Shown in pieces: positions 26,801-35,071 of a DNA stretch of 42,185 nucleotides (position 1 is its first letter; each line of letters starts with the position of its first letter). The position numbers and the translations under genes are program-made. Below the pieces are notes generated by a model that worked only from the letters and a program-made list of their open reading frames with translations, was not told the origin of the DNA and did not search any database. The DNA lies in NCBI GenBank assembly GCA_017466275.1, contig JAFTUL010000008.1, forward strand, positions 1 to 42,185, read 5' to 3'. The DNA is from Clostridia bacterium (lineage in GTDB: Bacteria > Bacillota > Clostridia > UMGS1883).

Positions 26801-27353
26801 CCTTGTATTCGATACAGAAGTTTACTCCAACACAGGCGGTCAGTCTTCCAAGGCTACTCCCACAGGTGCTATTGCTAAGTTCGCAGCAGCAGGTAAGGAA
26901 GTTAAGAAGAAAGACCTTGCAGCTATCGCTATGAGCTACGGTTATGTATACGTTGCTCAGGTTGCTCAGGGTGCTGACAACAACCAGTGTATGAAGGCAT
27001 TCGTTGAAGCTGGTACTTACAACGGACCCTCCATCGTTATTGCATACGCTCCCTGTATCAACCACGGTATCAAGGGCGGTATGAGCATTGCTCAGACTGA
27101 AGAAAAGCGTGCAGTACAGGCTGGTTACTGGCACCTCTTCCGTTTCGACCCCAGAAGAACAGCAGAAGGTCTCAATCCCTTCCAGCTTGATTCTAAGGAA
27201 CCCACAGAAAGCTATGAGGACTTCCTTATGAATGAGGTTCGTTACAACTCCCTTGCTCGTTCTAACCCTGAAAGAGCAAAGGCACTCTTCGAAAAGGCAG
27301 CAGCTAATGCTAAGGCTAAGTATGCTGAACTTGTTGAAAGAGCTAGCAAGTAA
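23832..27353 (+). CDS. nifJ: Pyruvate:ferredoxin (flavodoxin) oxidoreductase, single-polypeptide form
   Basis: ~1173 aa from ATG 23832 (MARNKKTMDGNTAAAYV) with RBS AGGAGG at 23815-23820. Two ferredoxin-type clusters (CIQCNFCSYVCPH, CTGCGSCANVCP) and a TPP-binding GDGW...YSNTGGQ region. Confidence 0.97.
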   Translation: MARNKKTMDGNTAAAYVSYAFTDVAAIYPITPSSNMAEVTDEWAAKGKKNMFGRTVKIAEMQSEGGAAGAVHGSLTAGALTTTYTASQGLLLMIPNMYKIAGELLPSVINVSARALASHALSIFGDHQDVYACRQTGYAMLCSANPQEAMDLGAVAHLTTLKARVPFLHFFDGFRTSHEYQKVECWDDEQLKKLVDMDAIDAFRRRSLNPEHPAQRGTAQNPDVFFQAKEANNKFYDAVPDLCQEYMDKVNAEIGSDYKLFNYYGAADAEHVIVAMGSACDTIQETVDYLVKNGVKVGLIKVRLYRPFSAKHLIEAIPASVKKISVLDRTKECGSIGEPLYLDVVAALRDSQFKDIEIFGGRYGLGSKDTTPAQIIAVYKNNDKKRFTVGINDDVTFTSLEITENPDTTPEGTTSCKFWGLGADGTVGANKNSVKIIGDHTDMYVQAYFDYDSKKSGGLTVSHLRFGNSKITSTYLINKADFVACHKASYIRKYDMVSDVKPGGVFLLNCPWTKAEEFEAHIPGQVKRYIAENNIQFYVIDGVAIGKEIGLGNRINTVLQSAFFKLANIIPADDAIQYMKDAATASYSKKGEAIVKMNHDAIDMGAQKVVKVDVPASWKDAKDEDLTVKFDGEGKLIDYINNILNPINSFAGMKLPVSAFVPYADGEVPLGSSAFEKRGIAIDVPEWKSENCIQCNFCSYVCPHACIRPVVLTEEEAKNAPEGIKYINMTGLNGLYFAMAVSVLDCTGCGSCANVCPGKKGEKALVMQPLETQEAQQAVFDYGIKLPSKPEVLEKFKETTVKGSQFKQPLLEFSGACAGCGETPYAKLVTQLYGDKMYIANATGCSSIWGGSCPSTPYTVNEKGEGPAWANSLFEDNAEYGYGMYLAQNTLRQDLVAKVEAVSEKADDASKAVIAKYLDTVEDVNANKVATAELVEVLAKMNTPEAAEILKDKEYLSKKSVWILGGDGWAYDIGYGGLDHVLASGDDVNILVFDTEVYSNTGGQSSKATPTGAIAKFAAAGKEVKKKDLAAIAMSYGYVYVAQVAQGADNNQCMKAFVEAGTYNGPSIVIAYAPCINHGIKGGMSIAQTEEKRAVQAGYWHLFRFDPRRTAEGLNPFQLDSKEPTESYEDFLMNEVRYNSLARSNPERAKALFEKAAANAKAKYAELVERASK

Positions 27354-27371
27354 TTAAATACTTGATTATAC

Positions 27372-27405
27372 AAAACACCGCAGGAATTTTCCTGCGGTGT
27401 TTTTA
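27372..27405 (+). terminator. Rho-independent terminator after the PFOR gene
   Basis: AAAACACCGCAGGA-ATTT-TCCTGCGGTGTTTT, a perfect 14-bp stem ending in a T-tract. Confidence 0.88.
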
Positions 27406-27444
27406 AGCCATAAACAATTATGTCTATAAAATGAGGTGATTCGT

Positions 27445-27672
27445 ATGAAAAATATTCATTTTGATATATGGTTGGGAATCGGTCTTAATATCTTGCATTA
27501 CAGAAAAGAACAAGGGATGACACAAATGCAGTTGGCAGAAAAGTGTAACTTGAGCAGAAATCATATTCAGCGAATTGAAACTGCTGCTTCTTCGTGTTCT
27601 CTTGACACGCTTATTGATATTGCAGAAGCACTCCGAATACCCCTTAAAAAACTATTTGAATTCAGAGAATAG
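27445..27672 (+). CDS. XRE-family helix-turn-helix transcriptional regulator (small, stand-alone)
   Basis: HTH_3-like core QGMTQMQLAEKCNLSRNHIQRIE. RBS GAGGTG lies 7 nt before ATG 27445; the ORF track uses GTG 27436. Confidence 0.8.
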   Translation: MKNIHFDIWLGIGLNILHYRKEQGMTQMQLAEKCNLSRNHIQRIETAASSCSLDTLIDIAEALRIPLKKLFEFRE

Positions 27673-27704
27673 AAAAAGAAGTCTGCCGTCGCAGACTTCT
27701 TTTT
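27673..27704. terminator. Bidirectional terminator between the convergent XRE gene and nagB
   Basis: AAAAAGAAGTCTGC-CGTC-GCAGACTTCTTTTT with A/T tracts on both sides. Confidence 0.82.
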
Positions 27705-27714
27705 AGTTTTGTTT

Positions 27715-28500
27715 TTATTTTTCGTTCTTGTAAATTTCCTTGAAATACTTGTATGTGTCAACCTTAAGCTCACCACAAGCGTCCTCATCACAAGCAATGA
27801 TTCCGTCGGGATGAAGCTGAAGTGCGCTGATTGTCCAAGCGTGGTCTACACCGCCCTCAACACAGTGACGGAGTGCTCTTGCCTTGTTATGACCGCTGAT
27901 AAGGAGAAGTACCTGCTTGGAATCGCAAACAGTACCAACACCAACGGAAAGAGCAGTCTTCGGAACTTTGTCGGGGTCATTGCCGAAGAAACGGGAGTTA
28001 ACAATAAGTGTATCCTGAGTAAGTGCTCTCACACCTGTACGGGATGTAAGTGATGTAAAGGGTTCGTTAAATGCGATATGTCCGTCTACACCGCTTCCAC
28101 CGAGGAAAAGGTCAATTCCGCCGTCGGATGCGATTTTATCCTCATAACGCTGACATTCTGCCTCAAGGTCGTCAGCCATACCGTTAAGGATATTAACGTT
28201 TTCTGCAGGAATATCAATGTGGTTAAAGAAATTGTCATGCATAAAGTACCAGTAGCTCTGGTCGTGTTCTCTGGGAAGACCTACATATTCATCCATATTG
28301 AATGTTACTACATTCTTGAATGTTATTTTGCCAGCCTTGTTCATTTCAGCAAGTCTTTTGTAAACGCCGAGGGGGGAAGAACCTGTGGGAAGACCAAGAA
28401 CGAAAGGACGGTCCTCCTTGTGATTGTTGATTGCATCAGCAATATGCTGTGCAGCCCATTCACACATAGCATCATAGTTGTCTCTGATAATAAGTTTCAT
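27715..28500 (-). CDS. nagB: Glucosamine-6-phosphate deaminase
   Basis: 261-aa ORF with [15 protein letters not shown] and [11 protein letters not shown] motifs typical of NagB. Confidence 0.93.
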   Translation of the reverse strand: MKLIIRDNYDAMCEWAAQHIADAINNHKEDRPFVLGLPTGSSPLGVYKRLAEMNKAGKITFKNVVTFNMDEYVGLPREHDQSYWYFMHDNFFNHIDIPAENVNILNGMADDLEAECQRYEDKIASDGGIDLFLGGSGVDGHIAFNEPFTSLTSRTGVRALTQDTLIVNSRFFGNDPDKVPKTALSVGVGTVCDSKQVLLLISGHNKARALRHCVEGGVDHAWTISALQLHPDGIIACDEDACGELKVDTYKYFKEIYKNEK

Positions 28501-28661
28501 TTCTATGCATCTCCTATTCTGAATCTCAGGAAATTATATTCCTTTGATTATTATTATACTCCTAAATTTTGCATTTGTCCAGTAACTTTAAGTGGAATTT
28601 CTCTGTAAAAATGTGTTTACATTGTCGGAACGTGACACAATTCCGCATTATCGTTAATGTA

Positions 28662-29621
28662 TTACAACAGATAATCGCTGAGCTGTCTTCTTGAATTTGC
28701 CTTAAATTTAGATGATGGCTCGGAAACCGTTTCTCCGTCAAAGAATTTCGGGGAAACAGTAACCTCGGAAGAAACCACATCTCCGTTTATCATACCAAGG
28801 AGTGTGCTTATAACCTCGGCACAGAAAATACCGCCATCTTCACCAATGCAGGTTATATCTAACGGTGTGTTTTGCCATCTGCAACCCAGAGAAATTACGG
28901 AAATATCTTCGGGGACGGAAAGCCCGTTTCTGCTTTGACTCATATATGTTTTAAAAGCAATATCGTAATTATCACACACAATTGCCGAATATTCTTTGCT
29001 TTCAGAGTAGTCTGTATATATTGAAAAATCCCTTGAGGCATCCTGAATTCCCGAAAGAATCTTTTGATTATCACCCATAAACAGAATCTTTTTATGTCCA
29101 AGCTCGGAAAGTTTCTCTCCTGCCAAATTTCCGCACTCATACTGATTCACAGTGACAGAAACTGCACCTTTCTGCTCTGCACCTGCAAAAAGCAGGGGAG
29201 TAGCGTTTGCCTTTATAATCTCAATGCTCTTTTTCGGGAGTGTACAACCAAGGACAATTATTCCGTCGGCATTACGGCTGAGTGCACTTGTAACGGCACT
29301 TTCGCAAAGGTCGGTGTTTCCCTGCGTGTTCATCAGAAGTATTCCGTAACCGCGTTTTCGAAGCATAAGCTCAATTTCCTTTACAGAATTTGCCGTATTG
29401 ACAGAAGTAATATCATCAACAATAAGTGCAATACTCATTGTCTTACCCCCACGCAGAAAACCTGCAGAGAGGTTGGGGATATAACCCATCTTTTTTGCAG
29501 TATCGTTAATGTAAGTTTTTACCTCTTTGGAAATATCTTTCATATCACGGAGTGCATGGGAAACAGTATTAACCGAGTAACCTGTCTTTTTTGCAATGTC
29601 GGAAAGTGTAATCTTTTTCAT
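28662..29621 (-). CDS. LacI-family transcriptional regulator
   Basis: N-terminal HTH MKKITLSDIAKKTGYSVNTVSHALR followed by a periplasmic-binding-protein-like sugar-binding core. ATG 29621 has RBS GAGGTG 6 nt upstream. The ORF-track extension to 29963 has no protein-like sequence and overlaps the cca start. Confidence 0.88.
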   Translation of the reverse strand: MKKITLSDIAKKTGYSVNTVSHALRDMKDISKEVKTYINDTAKKMGYIPNLSAGFLRGGKTMSIALIVDDITSVNTANSVKEIELMLRKRGYGILLMNTQGNTDLCESAVTSALSRNADGIIVLGCTLPKKSIEIIKANATPLLFAGAEQKGAVSVTVNQYECGNLAGEKLSELGHKKILFMGDNQKILSGIQDASRDFSIYTDYSESKEYSAIVCDNYDIAFKTYMSQSRNGLSVPEDISVISLGCRWQNTPLDITCIGEDGGIFCAEVISTLLGMINGDVVSSEVTVSPKFFDGETVSEPSSKFKANSRRQLSDYLL

Positions 29622-29728
29622 AAAATTCACCTCTACATTAATTATAATGTAAACCGGAAAAAATTGCAATAGTATATTGTAGAAATATTGTGTTTGGTAT
29701 ATAATAGAAGCAAAGAGGAGGTGTAACC

Positions 29729-31069
29729 GTGCAGCATGAAGAAAATATAAAAACATCAATGCTTCTTGCAGAAAAAATTGCCGAAAGAGGCGGAAGAGCC
29801 TATTATGTAGGCGGTTTTGTCCGTGACAGATTGCAAGGACTTGAAAATAAGGATATTGATATTGAAGTACACGGCATAACGCCTGATACCCTTGAAGAAA
29901 TACTTTCCTCAATCGGTGGATGCATTCCTGCAGGGAAAAGCTTTGGCGTGTACAAGCTTGCACATCACAGCATCGATGTGGCTATGCCGAGGAAAGAAAC
30001 CCCGACGGGAAAGGGACACCGTGATTTTAAAATTGATGTTGACCCGTTTATAGGAACAAAAAAGGCGGCAATCCGCCGTGATTTTACAGTTAATGCAATT
30101 ATGCAGGATGTAATTACGGGGGAGATAATTGACCATTTTGGCGGTCAGGAGGATTTAAAAAACGGCATACTCCGTCACGTGAATGATACGGCATTTGGTG
30201 AGGATCCTCTTCGTGTACTGCGCGGTGCACAGTTTTCTGCAAGGTTTAATTTTACAATTGTTCCCGAAACAATGGAGCTTTGTAAAAAAATTGATCTTAC
30301 AACACTTTCTTCTGAGCGTGTCTTTGATGAACTGAAAAAAGCCCTGCTTAAATCTGATAAACCGTCTGTTTTCTTTGAAAATCTCAGAGAAATGAATCAT
30401 CTTTCCTTTTGGTTTCCTGAGGTGGAGAAGCTTATAGGAATACCCCAACACTCCGTTCACCACAAAGAGGGGGATGTATGGACTCATACAATGATGGTGC
30501 TTGACGAATGTGCCAAAGTGCGTGATAGGGCAGAGTATCCTCTTTATTTTATGGTGTCGGGATTGGTACACGATTTCGGTAAAATTATCTGCACTGAATT
30601 CAAAAAGGGTGATTATCACGCATACCGTCACGAAACCGAGGGCAGGGATATTGTAAAGACCTTTATACGGCGTATTACAAACGAGAATTCCCTTTTGTCC
30701 TATGTGCTGAATATGACCGAACTTCATATGAAGCCACGTATACTTTTTAATGATGACTCATCAGTAAAATCGACAAACAAAATGTTTGATGCATCCATAT
30801 CACCAAACGACCTGATACTTCTGGCTCTATGCGACGGAAAAGGAAAGATTCCCGCAAAGCCTTGTGAAAAGGCAGAGGAATTTTTAAGAGAAAGGCTTGA
30901 AATTTTTAATGAATATATGTCCCGTCCGTATGTAACAGGGCAGGATTTAATAGAGGCAGGGATAAAGCCCGGGCAAGAATTTTCCGAGCTTTTAAAATTT
31001 GCTCATAAGTTGCGTCTTTCGGGAGTTAGTAAAAAGGAAGCTCTTTCCCAAATATTAAAATTTCGTTAA
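29729..31069 (+). CDS. cca: CCA-adding tRNA nucleotidyltransferase with a C-terminal HD domain
   Basis: Pol-beta nucleotidyltransferase head (YYVGGFVRDRL...DIDIEV), RRDFTVNA motif and an HD region (HKEGDVWTHT ... LVHDFGK). GTG 29729 lies 7 nt after AGGAGG. Confidence 0.85.
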   Translation: MQHEENIKTSMLLAEKIAERGGRAYYVGGFVRDRLQGLENKDIDIEVHGITPDTLEEILSSIGGCIPAGKSFGVYKLAHHSIDVAMPRKETPTGKGHRDFKIDVDPFIGTKKAAIRRDFTVNAIMQDVITGEIIDHFGGQEDLKNGILRHVNDTAFGEDPLRVLRGAQFSARFNFTIVPETMELCKKIDLTTLSSERVFDELKKALLKSDKPSVFFENLREMNHLSFWFPEVEKLIGIPQHSVHHKEGDVWTHTMMVLDECAKVRDRAEYPLYFMVSGLVHDFGKIICTEFKKGDYHAYRHETEGRDIVKTFIRRITNENSLLSYVLNMTELHMKPRILFNDDSSVKSTNKMFDASISPNDLILLALCDGKGKIPAKPCEKAEEFLRERLEIFNEYMSRPYVTGQDLIEAGIKPGQEFSELLKFAHKLRLSGVSKKEALSQILKFR

Positions 31070-31140
31070 TATTATTGATATTAACGAAATTTTGTTTTAT
31101 AGTGTATTTGTGAAAATTTGTGTTCAGAGGTAGAAAATTT

Positions 31141-32514
31141 ATGCTAAAGAAATTATTTGCTCCCACGGATATGACAAAAGGTACACCGTGGAAGAGTATT
31201 GCAATGTTTACTTTCCCTATGCTTATAGGTAATATTGCACAACAGCTATACAGTACGGTTGACAGTATTGTAGTTGGTAAATATGTCGGTGACAACGCCC
31301 TTGCGGCGGTAGGAAGCTCTCTCCCGATTCTGAATATGTTGCTGGTACTTTTTATTGGCATTTCGGTAGGGGCAAGCATTATGGTTGCACAGTATTTCGG
31401 TGCAAAAAACAGGGAAAAGCTTTCTTATTCAATCGGTAACTGTATTACAGCTACGCTGATTTCCTGCGTAGTGCTGGTACTTGTAGCAACACCGTTTATA
31501 CGCCCTGTGCTGGAGCTTTTAAATACTCCCGATACGATTATTAATGACTGTGCCAACTACCTTACCATTTCCCTTGTAGGTATTGCAGGCATGGCGTTTT
31601 ATAACATCCTCAGCGGTATTATAAGAGGTATGGGCGATTCATTCTCCGCTCTTTTATACCTTTTAGTTGCAACCATTATTAACACCGTACTGGACGTATG
31701 GTTTGTTGCAGGTCTTGGCTGGGGAGTAGCGGGTGTAGCTATTGCAACGGTTGTTGCACAGGTGATTTCTTCTATCTTATGTCTTATTAAAATTACAAAG
31801 ATGAGAGAGTATGTTGATTTTGGGCTGAAGTATATGCGTCCTCGTGCGTCGTATATCCGCACTCTTATAAAGCTTGGACTTCCCTCGGGTATAACTCAGG
31901 CAATAATGTCCTCTGCAATGATTGTTGTGCAGGCACTTACCAACCAGTTCGGTGAAGCATTTATTGCGGCGAACATTATCATAATGCGTGTTGACGGCTT
32001 TGCTATGATGCCCAATATTTCATTTGGTACAGCAATGAGTACCTATGCAGGACAGAATGTCGGTGCAGGACTTTATGACCGTGTTACCAAGGGTGCAAAG
32101 CAGGGGACAATTATGGCGGTTGGCTGTTCTGCAGTTATTACTGCAATAATTCTTCTTTTCGGTAAGAATCTTATGGGACTTTTCACAGAAACAGCATCCC
32201 TTGTGGAGATGAGCTACAACCTTATGATGATTCTTGCGGCAGGCTATATCGCAATGGCGGTTACACAGAGCCTTTCGGGCGTTATGCGTGGTGCAGGTGA
32301 CACAATGACACCTATGTGGATATCGCTTATCACAGCGGTCGGTATACGTGTTCCACTTGCATACGGCATTTCGTATTTTACAAGGACTCCTGAGCTTCCC
32401 TTGGGTATTAAGGAATGTATTCAGATTTCCCTTGTTACCTGCTGGATTGTAGGTGCAATTGTAACCATAATTTTCTACGCAAGAGGAAAGTGGAAGAGTA
32501 AAGCTCTTAAATAA
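31141..32514 (+). CDS. MATE family efflux transporter (second copy)
   Basis: Polytopic membrane protein with N-terminus ...TKGTPWKSIAMFTFPMLIGNIAQQLYSTVDSIVVGKY, parallel to the first MATE gene. ATG 31141 follows GAGGT. Confidence 0.9.
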   Translation: MLKKLFAPTDMTKGTPWKSIAMFTFPMLIGNIAQQLYSTVDSIVVGKYVGDNALAAVGSSLPILNMLLVLFIGISVGASIMVAQYFGAKNREKLSYSIGNCITATLISCVVLVLVATPFIRPVLELLNTPDTIINDCANYLTISLVGIAGMAFYNILSGIIRGMGDSFSALLYLLVATIINTVLDVWFVAGLGWGVAGVAIATVVAQVISSILCLIKITKMREYVDFGLKYMRPRASYIRTLIKLGLPSGITQAIMSSAMIVVQALTNQFGEAFIAANIIIMRVDGFAMMPNISFGTAMSTYAGQNVGAGLYDRVTKGAKQGTIMAVGCSAVITAIILLFGKNLMGLFTETASLVEMSYNLMMILAAGYIAMAVTQSLSGVMRGAGDTMTPMWISLITAVGIRVPLAYGISYFTRTPELPLGIKECIQISLVTCWIVGAIVTIIFYARGKWKSKALK

Positions 32515-32522
32515 GGTGAAAT

Positions 32523-32560
32523 AAAAGGAAGAACATCGTATTGCGAAGTTCTTCCTTTTT
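32523..32560. terminator. Bidirectional terminator between the convergent MATE and SLOG genes
   Basis: AAAAGGAAGAAC ... GTTCTTCCTTTT, a 12-bp stem overlapping the stop codon of the minus-strand gene. Confidence 0.8.
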
Positions 32561-33071
32561 ACAGAATCGAAATTGATAAATCTTTCGGTCTAATCAGGTG
32601 TATTTCTTTCTTTTCTTTTTTTGCATACCGCACGGTGTATGCCGTGCCACCTTTGAAAAATCCGTTCCATACTGCAATTACTCTTTGGGAATTGTCTACC
32701 ATAAATCTATTTCTTGCAAGCATACAGGTATCGGTGTACATCGGGCTTATAATAGTTTTTGTGGCTGCAAACCCGAGAATTTTTTCAAATCTTTCTTTGT
32801 CACTTTCTGCCCATCCTATATACTGCTCGGGACAGGGAAGTGCTGCGTGCAGGCGGATGTTTTCATTTTCCTGTGCCTTTTCAATTACAATCTCTGCAGC
32901 AAAGGTGTCAATTCCCCGTGCCATACCGCAGTAAAAATCTGTGTATCCGTCCTCAATTGCAGTATCTACAACACTTGTTAAGGTTTTCTTCAGTTCTTTT
33001 GTGAGGTCGCTTTCTTCGTCCTTCATCCACGGCAGATGCTCAGGACGGTGACCTGTAAAACAACAATACAT
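32559..33071 (-). CDS. SLOG-fold protein, DUF1273/YpsA-like
   Basis: MYCCFTGHRPEHLPW... N-terminus, GMARGIDTFAAE and a VAVWNG-like motif (VIAVWNG), resembling the YpsA/DUF1273 family as I recall it. ATG 33071 has a weak GGTGA RBS; the ORF-track ATG 33089 has none. Confidence 0.6.
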   Translation of the reverse strand: MYCCFTGHRPEHLPWMKDEESDLTKELKKTLTSVVDTAIEDGYTDFYCGMARGIDTFAAEIVIEKAQENENIRLHAALPCPEQYIGWAESDKERFEKILGFAATKTIISPMYTDTCMLARNRFMVDNSQRVIAVWNGFFKGGTAYTVRYAKKEKKEIHLIRPKDLSISIL

Positions 33072-33177
33072 AATATCACCAAAATTCATTATATCATATC
33101 AAAAATATAAACACAATTTAAAAATGTATAAAATTCCTTTTTAATGACTATAATACAGATAAAAGGAGTTGAGTAAA

Positions 33178-33384
33178 ATGGATAACACAGCTTTAACAAT
33201 AGCAATTATCGGTGCAATCAACTGGGGTTCAATCGGACTTTTCGGTGTTGACCTCGTAGCACTCCTGTGCGGTGGACAGACGGCAATTCTCAGCAGAATT
33301 ATTTATACTGTCGTAGGTCTTGCGGGTCTTTGGTGTATTACATTGCTCTTCAAGGAAAAAATTCCTGCAAGAAACAGCCGTTAA
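33178..33384 (+). CDS. DUF378 (YuzA-like) small membrane protein
   Basis: 68 aa with the characteristic IGAINWGSIGLFGVDLVA motif and two TM helices. RBS AAGGAG lies 9 nt before ATG 33178. Confidence 0.8.
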   Translation: MDNTALTIAIIGAINWGSIGLFGVDLVALLCGGQTAILSRIIYTVVGLAGLWCITLLFKEKIPARNSR

Positions 33385-33423
33385 AAAAAGTAGTTTCCGT
33401 ATTTTTACGGAAACTACTTTTTT
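33385..33423 (+). terminator. Rho-independent terminator after the DUF378 gene
   Basis: AAAAAGTAGTTTCCGTA-TTTT-TACGGAAACTACTTTTTT, a perfect 17-bp stem plus a T-tract. Confidence 0.88.
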
Positions 33424-33663
33424 AATTTTCACAAAAGGTAAGGGATAGGAAAAAATGTTCAGAACGGACAAACTGAACCACGGCTTGCCGTGGGTTACCC
33501 GAAGCTGTATGTGATACAGCGAGAGGTGAAGTTTGTTCGTAGCAAAAGGCTTATTAAAAAGAAAAATCGAATAATGAGATTTTTCAACCAAGACACATTT
33601 TCTAGCTATGTTTATGTGAGTTTTATATTAGTCAATTCTTTCCTTTTGCGTTCTGGACATTTT

Positions 33664-34311
33664 TTACATCCCTTTAGGGCAAACTCTCATGCATACTCCA
33701 CATACTGCTCCCCGACCTATGTGTTTAAAATTATCTTTCATATAATCACTGCACGCCTTTGCATCATAAATATCCTCACGGCACATACCGTCTTTGTATT
33801 CAACCCCTTTTATTGCCATAGCTTTGCAGGCATCCTTGCAGAGGGTACAGTCACCGCAAAGAGATTGTTGCTCCTTGCAAACTGTTTCGAGAGGTGCATC
33901 AGTGAACACTGTGCCAAGACGGACACGGGGACCGTATTTATGTGAAATGAAAAGACAACTTTTTCCGATATAACCAAGCCCTGCACTGACAGCAGCTTTT
34001 TTGTGGGAAAACAATCCTTTCAGTCCCTCTATTGACTGGCTGGCAGGAATGGCAGCGGCATTGTAACCCTTGTGCTGAAGTGCCATTACAAGCTGATGCA
34101 TCACGGAATCCATATATGCATTCATTGTCCTGTAATGCTGAAAATATGTATGGGTAGGTGCATCGTCAATCTGGTCAACTACTGCATCAGATAAATGGAA
34201 AACAAGAGAAACCGCATTTTCCAATCCAGCGAAAGGCGTGTCTGTACATTTTGTAAAACCAATGTCGGAAACAAATCTTTCGTCCAAGAAACTTTTTATA
34301 TATTCATTCAT
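33664..34311 (-). CDS. 4Fe-4S cluster protein related to epoxyqueuosine reductase / reductive-dehalogenase-like proteins (short form)
   Basis: 215-aa ORF. GLGYIGKSCLFISHKYGPRVRLG resembles QueG-family core motifs. Ferredoxin-type CGDCTLCKDAC plus a second Cys cluster CGVCMRVCP. Confidence 0.5.
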   Translation of the reverse strand: MNEYIKSFLDERFVSDIGFTKCTDTPFAGLENAVSLVFHLSDAVVDQIDDAPTHTYFQHYRTMNAYMDSVMHQLVMALQHKGYNAAAIPASQSIEGLKGLFSHKKAAVSAGLGYIGKSCLFISHKYGPRVRLGTVFTDAPLETVCKEQQSLCGDCTLCKDACKAMAIKGVEYKDGMCREDIYDAKACSDYMKDNFKHIGRGAVCGVCMRVCPKGM

Positions 34312-34418
34312 AGCATTTCCTCAGATATATTTTTTACAAGAATTATAACATGGTATAAAAGAAAAAACAAGAAAAAAACTAACACAATTACGTTTTTATG
34401 CTGATAGGATAATTTTGC

Positions 34419-34447
34419 TTGCACTTAGCTTGTAATTGTGATATAAT
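34419..34447 (+). promoter_or_regulatory. Putative sigma-A promoter of the CDP-alcohol phosphatidyltransferase gene
   Basis: TTGCAC (34419-34424), a 17-nt spacer, then TATAAT (34442-34447). Confidence 0.55.
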
Positions 34448-34479
34448 GACACATTATATGTCAAAAGAAGGCGATACAG

Positions 34480-35010
34480 GTGAAATATGTAAATGTAGCA
34501 AATGCAATTACTATGATTCGTATCATAGGAACTTTGCTGCTCGTTTTTACACAGCCATTCTCAGCATTATTTTTTGTAATATATACAATATCGGGTATAA
34601 GTGATGTGTTTGACGGTTATGTAGCAAGAAAGACAAAAACTTCAAGTGCATTCGGGGCAATGCTTGACAGTATTGCTGACCTTGTTTTATATGCTGTTAT
34701 GGTACTTAAAATATTCCCTGCACTGTGGAACACGCTTCCAATGGGGATTTGGTATGCGGTTACAGTTATTGTTATAATAAGAATAGTTTCTTATTTCCTT
34801 GTTGCAGTAAAATACAAACGTTTTGCTTCTCTTCATACCAAGCTTAACAAAGTAACAGGCTTTGCGGTGTTTATGATTCCTTATATGATTATGGCACCAA
34901 TGGTTGCAGTTCCCTACTGCATTACGGCTTGTACAATTTCGGCAGTATCAACTGTTCAGGAAATTACAATACATATGAATAGTACAGAATATGAAGGTAA
35001 AGAAAAATAG
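34480..35010 (+). CDS. CDP-alcohol phosphatidyltransferase family protein (PgsA-like)
   Basis: Signature D-G-x2-A-R-x8-G-x3-D-x3-D present as DVFDGYVARKTKTSSAFGAMLDSIADL. Small polytopic membrane protein with a GTG start. Confidence 0.85.
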   Translation: MKYVNVANAITMIRIIGTLLLVFTQPFSALFFVIYTISGISDVFDGYVARKTKTSSAFGAMLDSIADLVLYAVMVLKIFPALWNTLPMGIWYAVTVIVIIRIVSYFLVAVKYKRFASLHTKLNKVTGFAVFMIPYMIMAPMVAVPYCITACTISAVSTVQEITIHMNSTEYEGKEK

Positions 35011-35015
35011 TAGAT

Positions 35016-35055
35016 AAAGCGCTCTGAAAACTACGTTTTAGGGGCGCTTTATTTT
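35016..35055 (+). terminator. Rho-independent terminator
   Basis: Extended hairpin AAAGCGCTC..AAAAC-TAC-GTTTT..GGGGCGCTTT followed by ATTTT. Confidence 0.7.
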
Positions 35056-35071
35056 AAAAAGAGGAAAACAT

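Noticed and set aside
27445-27672. The stand-alone XRE regulator considered as half of a toxin-antitoxin pair or a prophage switch.
   Set aside because: - There is no adjacent small ORF with an RBS on either side.
- It is bounded by strong terminators, and no phage-like genes are nearby.
29622-29963. N-terminal 114-aa extension of the LacI-regulator ORF in the ORF track (433 aa).
   Set aside because: - The extension has no protein-like features and overlaps the promoter and start of the divergent cca gene.
- A canonical LacI HTH begins exactly at ATG 29621, with a GAGGTG RBS.
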